This document shows positions 11,184 through 19,883 of a stretch of 64,000 nucleotides of DNA, in pieces. Position 1 is the first letter of the stretch. Each line of letters opens with the position of its first letter. Position numbers and translations under genes: made by a program. The notes beneath the pieces are model-generated. The model was given only the letters and a program-made list of their open reading frames with translations, made no database searches and was not told the DNA's origin. Location: NCBI GenBank assembly GCA_041666305.1, contig JBAYHD010000002.1, forward strand, positions 64,684-128,683. Reading direction: 5' to 3'. This DNA is from Minisyncoccota bacterium. Its GTDB lineage: Bacteria > Patescibacteriota > Minisyncoccia > Phycocordibacterales > Phycocordibacteraceae.

Positions 11184-11879
11184 TTGTTGATGGAACTCTG
11201 GCACGTTCTTAATCGGGGTGTTGAGGGACGCAATCTATTTCTCGATACGCAGGATTACGCTCGCTTTGTACACGATCTCTATGAATTCAACGACACCGCA
11301 TTGGCTACCAATCGCTGGCGTTCCTTTGACCTGTCAGGAATGAAAGGTTTCGTAAACCTTTCATTCCGAGAAACGCGGAACTTGCTGGTGGATGTTCATG
11401 GGTGGGTGTTGATGAAGAATCACTACCATTTGCTGTTATCAGAACGAGTCGAAGGTGGTATTAGTCTCTTTCTACGCAAGCTGAACGTAGGGTATGCCAA
11501 CTACTTCAATCAAAGATACGGACGGAAAGGAACCCTCTTCCAGGGCCGGACGAAGAAGATTTTGATTAATCGTCAGGCGCACTTTCTGTATATCCTTCAC
11601 TATATTCATCTCAACCCGCTTGATTATCTACCGGGTGCCGATGATTGGCGCATACGGAGTAAAAGCGTCATTAAGAATGCGGGTGAAGCATTCAATTTTC
11701 TTGACTCGTACCGCTGGAGCAGTTATTTAGACTATATCGGGCAAAAGAACTTCCCTTCTATTCTCAAAACTTCCCTCTTCAAAGGATCTCTCGGCGATTA
11801 TCGGGAATCGCTTCATGAGTATCTTAACGACGCCGAACAAGACAGCGATAGTAGTATGGAACAGTCGATTTTGGAATGA
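11184..11879 (+). CDS. REP-associated tyrosine transposase (RAYT, IS200/IS605 Y1 HUH family)
   Basis: 'HVLNRG..GRNLF' N-terminal strand, HUH motif 'NHYHLLL', 'GYANYFNQRYGRKGTLFQGR' catalytic-Tyr helix region, RAYT hallmark 'YRWSSY'. Confidence 0.8.
   Translation: MLMELWHVLNRGVEGRNLFLDTQDYARFVHDLYEFNDTALATNRWRSFDLSGMKGFVNLSFRETRNLLVDVHGWVLMKNHYHLLLSERVEGGISLFLRKLNVGYANYFNQRYGRKGTLFQGRTKKILINRQAHFLYILHYIHLNPLDYLPGADDWRIRSKSVIKNAGEAFNFLDSYRWSSYLDYIGQKNFPSILKTSLFKGSLGDYRESLHEYLNDAEQDSDSSMEQSILE
11340..11364. repeat. REP copy 2 (forward orientation), in-frame inside the RAYT ORF
   Basis: atgaaaggtttcgtaaacctttcat, extended to the 31-bp palindrome ggaatgaaagg...cctttcattcc. Confidence 0.85.
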
Positions 11880-11900
11880 AAGGTTTCGTAAACCTTTCAT
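11876..11900. repeat. REP copy 3 (forward orientation), overlapping the RAYT stop codon
   Basis: atgaaaggtttcgtaaacctttcat; the RAYT TGA stop is the tga of the repeat. Confidence 0.85.
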
Positions 11901-11918
11901 TTCTAGCGGTCTTGAAGG

Positions 11919-13283
11919 CTATCTGTCCTGAACGAATGTGAGCGCTTTGCCCTTCATCGTGGCACGGCCAGTACGGCCGATGCGATGCACATAGTCCTCA
12001 TACGTGGACGGCAAGTCGTAATTGATGACGTGCGAGACGGCGGGAATGTCGATACCGCGGGCGGCGACGTCAGTCGCTACGAGCACGCTCACCTTCCCCG
12101 CTTTGAAGGCCTCCAGGGCGCGCTGACGCGCACCCTGCGTCTTATTGCCGTGAATGCTCTCGGCGTGGATGTGCAGGCGCGAGAGCGCCTTGGCGAGCTT
12201 CTCAACACCGAATTTTGTGCGACCGAACACCAATACGCGGCTGAACTCGCGGTCTTTGAGCATCTCTGCAAGCACGTCAAACTTGTCTTTCCCGCGCGGA
12301 ATGCGAACGACGTCTTGGTCAACGCTTGATGGCGTGTCGCGCGTCTTCACCGATATGATGACCGGACTCGTAAGGAAGTCGCCGATAAGCTTCTCAATAT
12401 CCTTCCCCATCGTTGCAGAGAAGAAAAGGGTGTGACGCTCCTTACGCATCTTCCCGAGGATGGTGCGCATATCGTCAATGAATCCCATGTCGAGCATGCG
12501 ATCCGCCTCGTCGAGGACGACCGTGCCGAAGCCGGAGAGGTTGAGCGCCTTGCGCTCAAGAAGATCTTTCAGGCGGCCGGGGGTGCCAATAACGAATGCC
12601 GGGTCGTGTTTGAGCTGGGAGATTTGCGGGCCGATGTTGGCACCGCCTACCGCGACCATGCCGCGAAAACCGAGCCCCTTCGCCATGCCGGCAAGCTCCT
12701 TTTCTATTTGCACAGCGAGTTCCCGGGTGGGCGCCATGATGAGAACACGCTCGCCTTTTTGCTTCACAACTTTGTCGATAAGCGGGATGAGGAATGCTGC
12801 GGTCTTCCCCGTGCCGGTCTCAGCAAGTCCGACGACGTCCTGACCCAAAAGCGCATGCGGAATAGCCTTGTCCTGAATAGGCGTCGGATTCTCATATTTG
12901 CGCGCGAGAATATTCGCTTTCAAATGCGCGTTGATATCGAAATCGGCGAATTTGTGCTCCGGAACGAATACCGGCTCTTCGGTCGTGACGACCGTCTTGT
13001 TCATAAATTTCGATATCTCGGCTTCGGTCTCGCCGAAGGTCCCGAACCCGCCACGGCGTGCGCCGCCAGAGCGCCCGCGATTGCCTCCGAAGCTCGGTCG
13101 GCCGCCATAACTGCCACTGCCACCACGGGACGGATACCGCGAGGCTCCCCCGCTGCGCGGCGACCTGCCCCGTGAGAAGCCGTCTGCGGCTTTCTCATGA
13201 GGATACGGACGGCTTGAACTGCCGCTTCTTGGCGCTCCTGAGGAGCTACCTCCTGACTGATGATTCCATCTTCCTATTTGCAT
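11919..13283 (-). CDS. DEAD-box ATP-dependent RNA helicase with N-terminal RG/RGG-rich region
   Basis: Q motif, 'AETGTGKT' Walker A, 'VLDEADRML' DEAD box, 'SAT', 'HRIGRTGR' motif VI; first ~80 aa rich in Arg, Gly and Ser. Confidence 0.85.
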   Translation of the reverse strand: MQIGRWNHQSGGSSSGAPRSGSSSRPYPHEKAADGFSRGRSPRSGGASRYPSRGGSGSYGGRPSFGGNRGRSGGARRGGFGTFGETEAEISKFMNKTVVTTEEPVFVPEHKFADFDINAHLKANILARKYENPTPIQDKAIPHALLGQDVVGLAETGTGKTAAFLIPLIDKVVKQKGERVLIMAPTRELAVQIEKELAGMAKGLGFRGMVAVGGANIGPQISQLKHDPAFVIGTPGRLKDLLERKALNLSGFGTVVLDEADRMLDMGFIDDMRTILGKMRKERHTLFFSATMGKDIEKLIGDFLTSPVIISVKTRDTPSSVDQDVVRIPRGKDKFDVLAEMLKDREFSRVLVFGRTKFGVEKLAKALSRLHIHAESIHGNKTQGARQRALEAFKAGKVSVLVATDVAARGIDIPAVSHVINYDLPSTYEDYVHRIGRTGRATMKGKALTFVQDR

Positions 13284-13361
13284 GTGATATATGTGATGAA
13301 TTAATACGAACAGACATAAGGCGGTAAGCCTCTTGGTAGGTCTTGTTCTCGAAAAGCGAAC

Positions 13362-13679
13362 TTACGAAATGGAGTCGATTTTGACCTTCAAAATCGGTTG
13401 GCGATGGCCTTTGCGCTTAAAGTAACGGCTCTTCGGCTTGTACTTCACCACCTCAATCTTTTTATCCAATCCGGCGAGAACAACGGTGCCCTTGACCTCC
13501 GCGCCCTTGATGAGTGGCGCGCCGATGGTCGTGTCCGAGCCGTTGTCCACGAGGAGCACCTCGCCAAAGACAACCGTGTCACCCTTCTTCAAATCCCCCG
13601 GGAGCTTCTCAATAGCGATAGTGTCGCCTTTTGAGACGACATACTGCTTCCCGCCGGTCTTGATTACGGCCACTTCCAT
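13362..13679 (-). CDS. rplU: 50S ribosomal protein L21
   Basis: 'AVIKTGGKQY.VS.GD.I..EKL' L21 N-terminus. Confidence 0.85.
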   Translation of the reverse strand: MEVAVIKTGGKQYVVSKGDTIAIEKLPGDLKKGDTVVFGEVLLVDNGSDTTIGAPLIKGAEVKGTVVLAGLDKKIEVVKYKPKSRYFKRKGHRQPILKVKIDSIS

Positions 13680-13718
13680 AGTCCGTGCAATATAGCACTT
13701 CTCTATATAAAAGACAAG

Positions 13719-14000
13719 TTATGCGGAATAGAACATTTTATATAAAATATAAGGAACGAGAACAAGGCAAACTAAAATAATCAGTACATTATCAAAAATT
13801 TTACTATTCCTTTCTTTTAATCTTGCTCCACCAGAACCAAAAAGAAACAAAAAGATTAGAAAGAAGTATTCTCCTATGATCGCTCGCCCTGGCAATGGTT
13901 CACCGTGGTCAAGAGCTCTCAATGTCGGAAATATGTAAATGATATAAGTAATTCCAGCGACACCCACAATCATCATTATCCAAGCAATTGTTTTGCGCAT
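13719..14000 (-). CDS. small membrane protein, hypothetical
   Basis: ORF with 2-3 hydrophobic helices; no family recognised. Confidence 0.35.
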   Translation of the reverse strand: MRKTIAWIMMIVGVAGITYIIYIFPTLRALDHGEPLPGRAIIGEYFFLIFLFLFGSGGARLKERNSKIFDNVLIILVCLVLVPYILYKMFYSA

Positions 14001-14018
14001 ATGACCTAAGTATACAAC

Positions 14019-15074
14019 CTATTCTTCAGACGCTAGTGGTTTATCTAACAACTCGGGCTCGATGCCGATTTTGCTCTCGGCGATGCGGTAGACATCCTTG
14101 TCTATTTTGCCGAGCTCTTTATAGCCGGCATTGTAGTGGCTAACCGAGGTCCCAAGCGAGACCCCGAGCTTTTTATAGAACTGTTCATACGAGGCGACAT
14201 GCTTCCCCAGCTCCCCCACTCTCTGCTGTATTTCTACCGCTTTCTTCTCTATTTGAAGCGCCTTGAGCCCCTGCATGACCGTCTGGAGGTAGGCGAGGAA
14301 TGAGGTCGGCGACACGATGATAACTTTATATTTGCTCGACGCGCGCTGAATGAGATTCTCTTCCTCCCCACCGCCGACCTGATTGGTCAAAAGATCGTAA
14401 TAAATGCCCTCGGAAGGAATGAACATAAAAGCGAAGTCCATCGTGTTCTCTTCAGGACGAATGTATTTGGCGGTTTCCGCGATGCGGAGCTTGAGGTCAT
14501 TCACGAACGCTTTTTCAGCAGTGACGCGTTCCGGACTGCCCACTTGGGTGCTCACGAAGCGGTTGTAGTTGTCGAGCGAAAATTTGGAGTCTATTGGAAC
14601 GATTTTGTCGTTCACGAAGACGGCGGCGTCCACTATCTCGCCATTCTTGAAGGGGTACTGGATTTGATACATTCCCGGCGGAAGCACATTCTTGAGTACG
14701 GTTTCCAAATAATACTCGCCGAGGATGCCGCGCTGTTTCGGATTTTTCAGCAAGTCTTGGAGCGACTGGAGCTGTTCGGCAAAGCTCTGCGTCTGACGCC
14801 CAATCTCTTTCACCGAGGTCACCTCCTGTGTGATTTCTTTGATAAGCCGCGAAGATTCGGTGAATTGGCGATGAGAATGTTCCTGCATCGCTCGAGACGA
14901 TTCAGTGACGCGTGCATCGAGAGTTCGTTCAAGATTTTGTAGTTGCTGTTGCAAAAGTACCATCGCACCTCCGTCCTCGGATTTGGCTGTTCGTTTGAGC
15001 GTGTACAGCACCCACGCAAATCCGCCGACGAGAACGATAAGCAAAAGCACTATGAGCAGTGTGGCCGATTCCAT
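14019..15074 (-). CDS. rmuC: DNA recombination protein RmuC
   Basis: N-terminal TM, coiled coil, 'VDAAVFVNDKIVPIDSKFSLDNY' RmuC nuclease-like motif; start trimmed to an internal Met (MESATLL). Confidence 0.75.
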   Translation of the reverse strand: MESATLLIVLLLIVLVGGFAWVLYTLKRTAKSEDGGAMVLLQQQLQNLERTLDARVTESSRAMQEHSHRQFTESSRLIKEITQEVTSVKEIGRQTQSFAEQLQSLQDLLKNPKQRGILGEYYLETVLKNVLPPGMYQIQYPFKNGEIVDAAVFVNDKIVPIDSKFSLDNYNRFVSTQVGSPERVTAEKAFVNDLKLRIAETAKYIRPEENTMDFAFMFIPSEGIYYDLLTNQVGGGEEENLIQRASSKYKVIIVSPTSFLAYLQTVMQGLKALQIEKKAVEIQQRVGELGKHVASYEQFYKKLGVSLGTSVSHYNAGYKELGKIDKDVYRIAESKIGIEPELLDKPLASEE

Positions 15075-15323
15075 GTCTGTAGTATACCCTGTACTAGAGC
15101 AAAGCTTCAGTACGGGGATACCTCCTGCTTCTTTATCCACACATGACATTGCAGATGTGATGCTACAATTCATTCGAAGAGGTAGTCGAGTCCTGTTTTA
15201 AGGTTAACAACACTCCTCTCATCAGCGCCCGGGCACCCGTGTGTCCAGAATCCGATTCTGGACACATTTTCGTTTTTTCGACCCGGCATACATTACAATG
15301 TGCGCGTAACTAGAACGACTATG

Positions 15324-15632
15324 ATCGAACGTATTTCAAATTTTTGCCCTCTCCAAGCCACGACGTCAGTTTCATCATACGCAGACCCTCGGAGCGATTT
15401 CGAACGCTTGAGCAAGCTTACCTTCCATGTGGAAAGCGGCGACTACTTCCGCTCTCTCGCGGCGCTTCTTGGATTCGTTGAAGAGACACTCGTATCGGAA
15501 GATACGGATGAGTCTAAACTCATCCAGCTTGAGGCCGTGAGAGCATCGCGAAAAGACCTGCTCTACCTCGATGGTCACTGCTCGATAGAGATACGGCCCC
15601 TGCAATGCTCGTGTGCTACACTTTCTGCATGA
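15324..15632 (+). CDS. hypothetical protein, translationally coupled to the downstream gene
   Basis: its stop TGA overlaps the ATG of the yqeY-like gene (ATGA); no recognisable domain. Confidence 0.35.
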   Translation: MERISNFCPLQATTSVSSYADPRSDFERLSKLTFHVESGDYFRSLAALLGFVEETLVSEDTDESKLIQLEAVRASRKDLLYLDGHCSIEIRPLQCSCATLSA

Positions 15633-16087
15633 GCACTCACGAAACCCTGAAAAAATCCATCCCCGAGGCGCTCCGTGCCCATGACGAAGTGCGGCTCAGA
15701 ACGCTCCGTTCACTGGTCACCGCGATGACCAACGAGGTCGTCGCAAAAAAGCGCAAACCCGACGAATACCTCACCGACGATGAGGCATTGGCGGTACTTA
15801 AGCGCGCTGCCAGCCAGCGCAAAGACTCTATCGAGCAATTTGAAAAGGCTTCCCGTAATGACCTTGCCGAACCCGAGAAGCTCGAGCTCGCTATCATCGA
15901 ATCGTATCTCCCCCAAATGATGAGCCGGGAGGAAATTATGCCTATCGCTCAGGCGAAAATGGCTGAAATGGGCATCACCTCCAAAGCCGATGCCGGCAAA
16001 TTCACCGGTACGCTCATGAAAGAACTCAAAGGCAGGGCCGATGGCGGGGACGTCAAGGCGGTTGTGGATTTCCTTTTTGCGCAGTGA
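15629..16087 (+). CDS. GatB/YqeY-domain protein
   Basis: YqeY-like pattern (R....LRS...A..N.E..K......DE....V....K.R..S). Confidence 0.7.
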   Translation: MSTHETLKKSIPEALRAHDEVRLRTLRSLVTAMTNEVVAKKRKPDEYLTDDEALAVLKRAASQRKDSIEQFEKASRNDLAEPEKLELAIIESYLPQMMSREEIMPIAQAKMAEMGITSKADAGKFTGTLMKELKGRADGGDVKAVVDFLFAQ

Positions 16088-16156
16088 GGGCTGTTGACGG
16101 GATAGCTAAATCTCTGTCATACTCTAGCTATGTCCAACCCTTTTGAAGGAGCACAC

Positions 16157-16402
16157 ATGGACAAAGGCAAACAACCAGACCTACAAGAGGTCCTGAAAAG
16201 AGCCGCTGCGTCCCGAGAAGCATTCAAGCAGAGGCATCCGGAGTTTATCGTTGAAAAAAAACCGGATATCATGCCGCCTCCACCGACTACCGAAGCGGCT
16301 TCTCGACAAGTCAGCAAAGCGGAAAAGAAAAAACGAGTTGATCCCGATGCGGCAGCGCATGATTTCCATCAGCGCCGCCTGCTCGGCAAAGACTTCGAGT
16401 GA
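16157..16402 (+). CDS. hypothetical small charged protein
   Basis: GAAGGAG Shine-Dalgarno 7 nt upstream of ATG 16157; TTGACG-17-TCATAC promoter-like upstream. Confidence 0.4.
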   Translation: MDKGKQPDLQEVLKRAAASREAFKQRHPEFIVEKKPDIMPPPPTTEAASRQVSKAEKKKRVDPDAAAHDFHQRRLLGKDFE

Positions 16403-16422
16403 CTTCCCTGCAAAAGGGACAA

Positions 16423-16451
16423 GGCCGGTACTCGTACCGGCCTTTTTTATT
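16423..16451. terminator. bidirectional rho-independent terminator
   Basis: ggccggtac-tcg-taccggcc hairpin followed by TTTTTTATT. Confidence 0.7.
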
Positions 16452-16459
16452 GCATTCTT

Positions 16460-16876
16460 TTATGGACAGGGAACTTTTCCGGCGTTGAGTATTTCCAAAA
16501 CCTTATCTACCACTCCTTCCACCTTCCAATCCGCTTTCACCATAAAAAATGAAGGGCCGAGTTCGGCGATGTGCTTTATCTGCGCATCTTCATCCGCGCT
16601 CAAATTAGTGAGGATGACCACCGGCACGCATTTTCCCCAGTCGTCTTTCTGGCGCAACTGCTCAAGCATTTCCCAGCCATCCATCATCGGCATCAAAATA
16701 TCGAGCAATATAAGGTCGGGGCGCTCCTGAAGTGCGATGACGATGCCGCTGACGCCGTTTTTCGCCTCCAGCACCGTGAGACCGGCGCCGGTGAGCACAG
16801 TATTAAGCGCTTTGAGCGTCGCTTCGTCATCTTCCACCACGAGCACTTTTTTCTTTGCAGGTTCTAGTGTTGGCAT
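16460..16876 (-). CDS. single-domain response regulator (CheY-like receiver)
   Basis: 'VLVVEDDE', phospho-acceptor Asp in 'LILLDILMP', conserved T/K positions. Confidence 0.8.
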   Translation of the reverse strand: MPTLEPAKKKVLVVEDDEATLKALNTVLTGAGLTVLEAKNGVSGIVIALQERPDLILLDILMPMMDGWEMLEQLRQKDDWGKCVPVVILTNLSADEDAQIKHIAELGPSFFMVKADWKVEGVVDKVLEILNAGKVPCP

Positions 16877-16883
16877 AGGACTA

Positions 16884-19238
16884 TTATACCAGCCTTTTCC
16901 CGTCCATTGGAAGCATCACATAGAACGTTGTCCCTTTGCCTTCCTTCGAAATGAACCAGATCGAGCCGCCGATGATATCCACCATAATTTGAGACATGTA
17001 GAGACCGAGTCCGTTGCCATTGGGGTCTAGCTTTTTTGCATTTTCGGAACGGAAAAATTTCGTGAATATCTTATCCTGATCCGCTGCTGGTATACCGATA
17101 CCGTTGTCTTGCACAGAGACCAAGAGAGAATCCGCGTGTGCGGTTTTCCCGGCAACAACGCTTCCTTTGTCTACGGTTTCAAGTGCAACGAGTATCTGAC
17201 CGCCCTTTGATGAATATTTGATGGCATTACTGACGAAGTTCTGAGTGATGACCCGTACGAGATCCGCATCGGTGGTAACGGCCGGTATAGACTTCTGATA
17301 CCGCTCTATGACCCGAATATCTTTTTTCTCCGCATTCAGATGTAGTTCCGCCAGCACTGATTTTGCAACAAGGGTGAGATCGGTAGAGACAAGATTTTTT
17401 GTTTGTGTGCCCGATTCGATGCGCAGAATGTGCAGGAAGGATTTGATAATCTCGTTCATTTGTCGGCCGGCTTGATATATCTCATCGAAATATTCTTTCT
17501 GCTTCTTGTTTAGTTTCCCTGCGTCATCGTCAAGAAGCATCTCCGCGTACCAATTAACGACGGTCAGCGGGGTGCGCAATTGGTGCGACGCGAGCGATAT
17601 GAACTCGCTCTTCGCCGTATCTATCTCTTTTTCTCGCGTGATGTCCCGCTCCAGACCGACGAAGAAGATGATGTTCCCAGCGTCATCCATCACCGGCGAC
17701 ACGTTTATCATCGCGGTGTAGATCTCGCCATTTTTCCGTTTATTTTGTATTTCGCCGATAAAGGTCGTCTTGAGGTCCTTAATGGTATGCCAGAAGTTCT
17801 GATAATACTCTTTCGGCATCGGCTGTTTCCACAACGCTCCGGCCTTCTTCCCGAGAGCATCTTCTGCCCTATAGCCGGTAATTCGTTCCACGGCCGCGTT
17901 TGCATACACCACCATTCCCTCAGGATCAGAAATGATAACTTGATCTGAGGTGTCGTCCAGCGCCAATTTAAATTTCTTAAGATCGTTCGCGAGTGATTCA
18001 GCCCTTGTTTTTTCTTCGGCGAGCTTTTCTTCCTCCGTTTTCAGGTCTGCCGCGATATTGAGCGCAGCTTTTTCGCTATTTTTTGCCTCCTCCGTCTTTT
18101 CCGTGAGCGCCTTGGTCCGCTCCAAGACCTTCTTTTCAAGCGTCGCATACGCATCCTGAAGCCGCTCGATCATCGTATTCAGCGTGGCGGCAAGTATCCC
18201 CACCTCGTCTTTAGACGTCACCACGATGCTTTGTTGCGTGGCTCCTTGTGAGATTTTGCTCGCAAATTCAGTGACCTTGTTGATGGGACCGGTAATGGAG
18301 CGCGACATAGAAATGCCGATGAACACCATGAGCACGCCGACCATTGCTATAATAAAGAAGAATAACTCGCGCAATCTGACCACCGGCGCAAATGCTTCTG
18401 ACTTGTCTATTTTGACGACGATGCCCCAGCCGACGCTCGGGATGTATCGCGTTGCCGCAAACACTTTCACTCCGCGATAGTCCACAACATTATTGAAAAC
18501 GGCTTCCTCTCCTGCAACCGCATGTACTGAAGGAACATTTGTCTTGTCCGCGGTGACTACCCGCTCGAGCGCCGCACTGGGATCATAGCGGGTTGAGGTG
18601 AGAAATAGCGCGTTATTCCCACTCATCTTTTGCACGATGAGCGTCTCGCCGGTCTTACCCAACCCGGTAAAGTCATGCGCAACATCAACGATGTCATTGG
18701 CATCCGTCACCACTGCCATCACCCCTTCGGTCTTCCCGTTTGAAATGAGCGGACCGACAAGGTATTGCGACACGATGCCGGCGGCATCCTTCTCCAAAAT
18801 CGATTCGTCATTCGCGAGTACGCCGCGCTTGAAATAATCTTCATTCTCCTTATCAGTGCCTAGAAGCGCCGAGTCGGTTGAAGCGATAACGGCACCATCG
18901 AGCGTCATCACAAAGAGCTTCTTGATGCCCAAGGACCTCCCTGGTGCTTCAATCAAATCTTGGATTCTTTTTTTATTCGCGAGCGTCGGTTGCGCGTTAT
19001 AATCCCGCACATATGCGGTCAGCCAGGGGCTCTTGGTAAATAATTGTAAGATATCCAGCTTGTTCTGAAGGGTGTCCTGTAATCGATTCTTTTGTATAGC
19101 GGCGATTGCATCCAAATTTGAATACGTTTGACTGTTGATCTGCTCCTGCGAACTAAGGTACGCCAGGAAGCCGCCCAGTGCCCAGGGTATGAGCGATACT
19201 TGCAAGATGGTGAGGACGATCTTGGTGTTCAGTTTCAT
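16884..19238 (-). CDS. sensor histidine kinase (TM, periplasmic Cache-like, HAMP, PAS, HisKA, HATPase_c)
   Basis: 'SLASHQLRTPLT' H-box, PAS 'ISDPEGMVVYANAAVERITGY', G2 box 'GNGLGLYMS'. Confidence 0.85.
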   Translation of the reverse strand: MKLNTKIVLTILQVSLIPWALGGFLAYLSSQEQINSQTYSNLDAIAAIQKNRLQDTLQNKLDILQLFTKSPWLTAYVRDYNAQPTLANKKRIQDLIEAPGRSLGIKKLFVMTLDGAVIASTDSALLGTDKENEDYFKRGVLANDESILEKDAAGIVSQYLVGPLISNGKTEGVMAVVTDANDIVDVAHDFTGLGKTGETLIVQKMSGNNALFLTSTRYDPSAALERVVTADKTNVPSVHAVAGEEAVFNNVVDYRGVKVFAATRYIPSVGWGIVVKIDKSEAFAPVVRLRELFFFIIAMVGVLMVFIGISMSRSITGPINKVTEFASKISQGATQQSIVVTSKDEVGILAATLNTMIERLQDAYATLEKKVLERTKALTEKTEEAKNSEKAALNIAADLKTEEEKLAEEKTRAESLANDLKKFKLALDDTSDQVIISDPEGMVVYANAAVERITGYRAEDALGKKAGALWKQPMPKEYYQNFWHTIKDLKTTFIGEIQNKRKNGEIYTAMINVSPVMDDAGNIIFFVGLERDITREKEIDTAKSEFISLASHQLRTPLTVVNWYAEMLLDDDAGKLNKKQKEYFDEIYQAGRQMNEIIKSFLHILRIESGTQTKNLVSTDLTLVAKSVLAELHLNAEKKDIRVIERYQKSIPAVTTDADLVRVITQNFVSNAIKYSSKGGQILVALETVDKGSVVAGKTAHADSLLVSVQDNGIGIPAADQDKIFTKFFRSENAKKLDPNGNGLGLYMSQIMVDIIGGSIWFISKEGKGTTFYVMLPMDGKRLV

Positions 19239-19876
19239 TGGCTTTCTTCAGGATTCAGTATCCTCGTCAGGCCAAACCCGAGTACGATGAAACACGCCGC
19301 GGTGTTGAACGCCATCGGCACCGAATTGGCTGTGAATTCGTAATAGAGCTCGGGCAAGCTGAACATATATCCGATCACCGCAAAGCATCCGGTGAGGAGA
19401 ATGAAATATCCGGCGTAGCGGATGGACCGTTCGCGAAAGGCGCCAGCAAACAGCGCATCAATGCCCAGCAAAGCGAAAAGTGCGAAGCCAAACAATGTCG
19501 GCAAAGATGGCCAGCCCTCTATGGAAACAGCATTAGATAAATTGATGGGGCCAGCGGATTGAACAAATAACTCCTCTATCCCCGTCGGAGTACCGAGGAT
19601 CCAACTGACGAGAAGGGTCATCGTAATGAGGAAAATGACAAGAGCAATGCCCGGCAGCATCACGCGCGCGAGCTCATTTTCCTTTTCAATAGATAACGCC
19701 ATGGCATGCAAGCCCAGCGCACTGAAAAAGAAAAGAACGGCAGTGATGAATTTCATATTGATGCCGATCGGTATCAGTCGCGTCATCCACTCTACACCGA
19801 AGATCCAACCCGTCATCACAACGACGGATTCCGTGATGAGCACTCCTGCTACGATCTTCGTGGTGAGGTAGCGCAT
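19235..19876 (-). CDS. polytopic membrane protein (possible detached sensor membrane module)
   Basis: 5-6 TM helices; ATGA overlap with the kinase gene. Confidence 0.5.
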   Translation of the reverse strand: MRYLTTKIVAGVLITESVVVMTGWIFGVEWMTRLIPIGINMKFITAVLFFFSALGLHAMALSIEKENELARVMLPGIALVIFLITMTLLVSWILGTPTGIEELFVQSAGPINLSNAVSIEGWPSLPTLFGFALFALLGIDALFAGAFRERSIRYAGYFILLTGCFAVIGYMFSLPELYYEFTANSVPMAFNTAACFIVLGFGLTRILNPEESQ

Positions 19877-19883
19877 AGGTGCA

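Larger units (their letters stand above)
11150..11900 (+). mobile_element. REPtron: RAYT gene flanked by inverted REP copies
   Basis: copies 1 and 3 are in opposite orientation and bracket the Y1-transposase gene. Confidence 0.7.
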
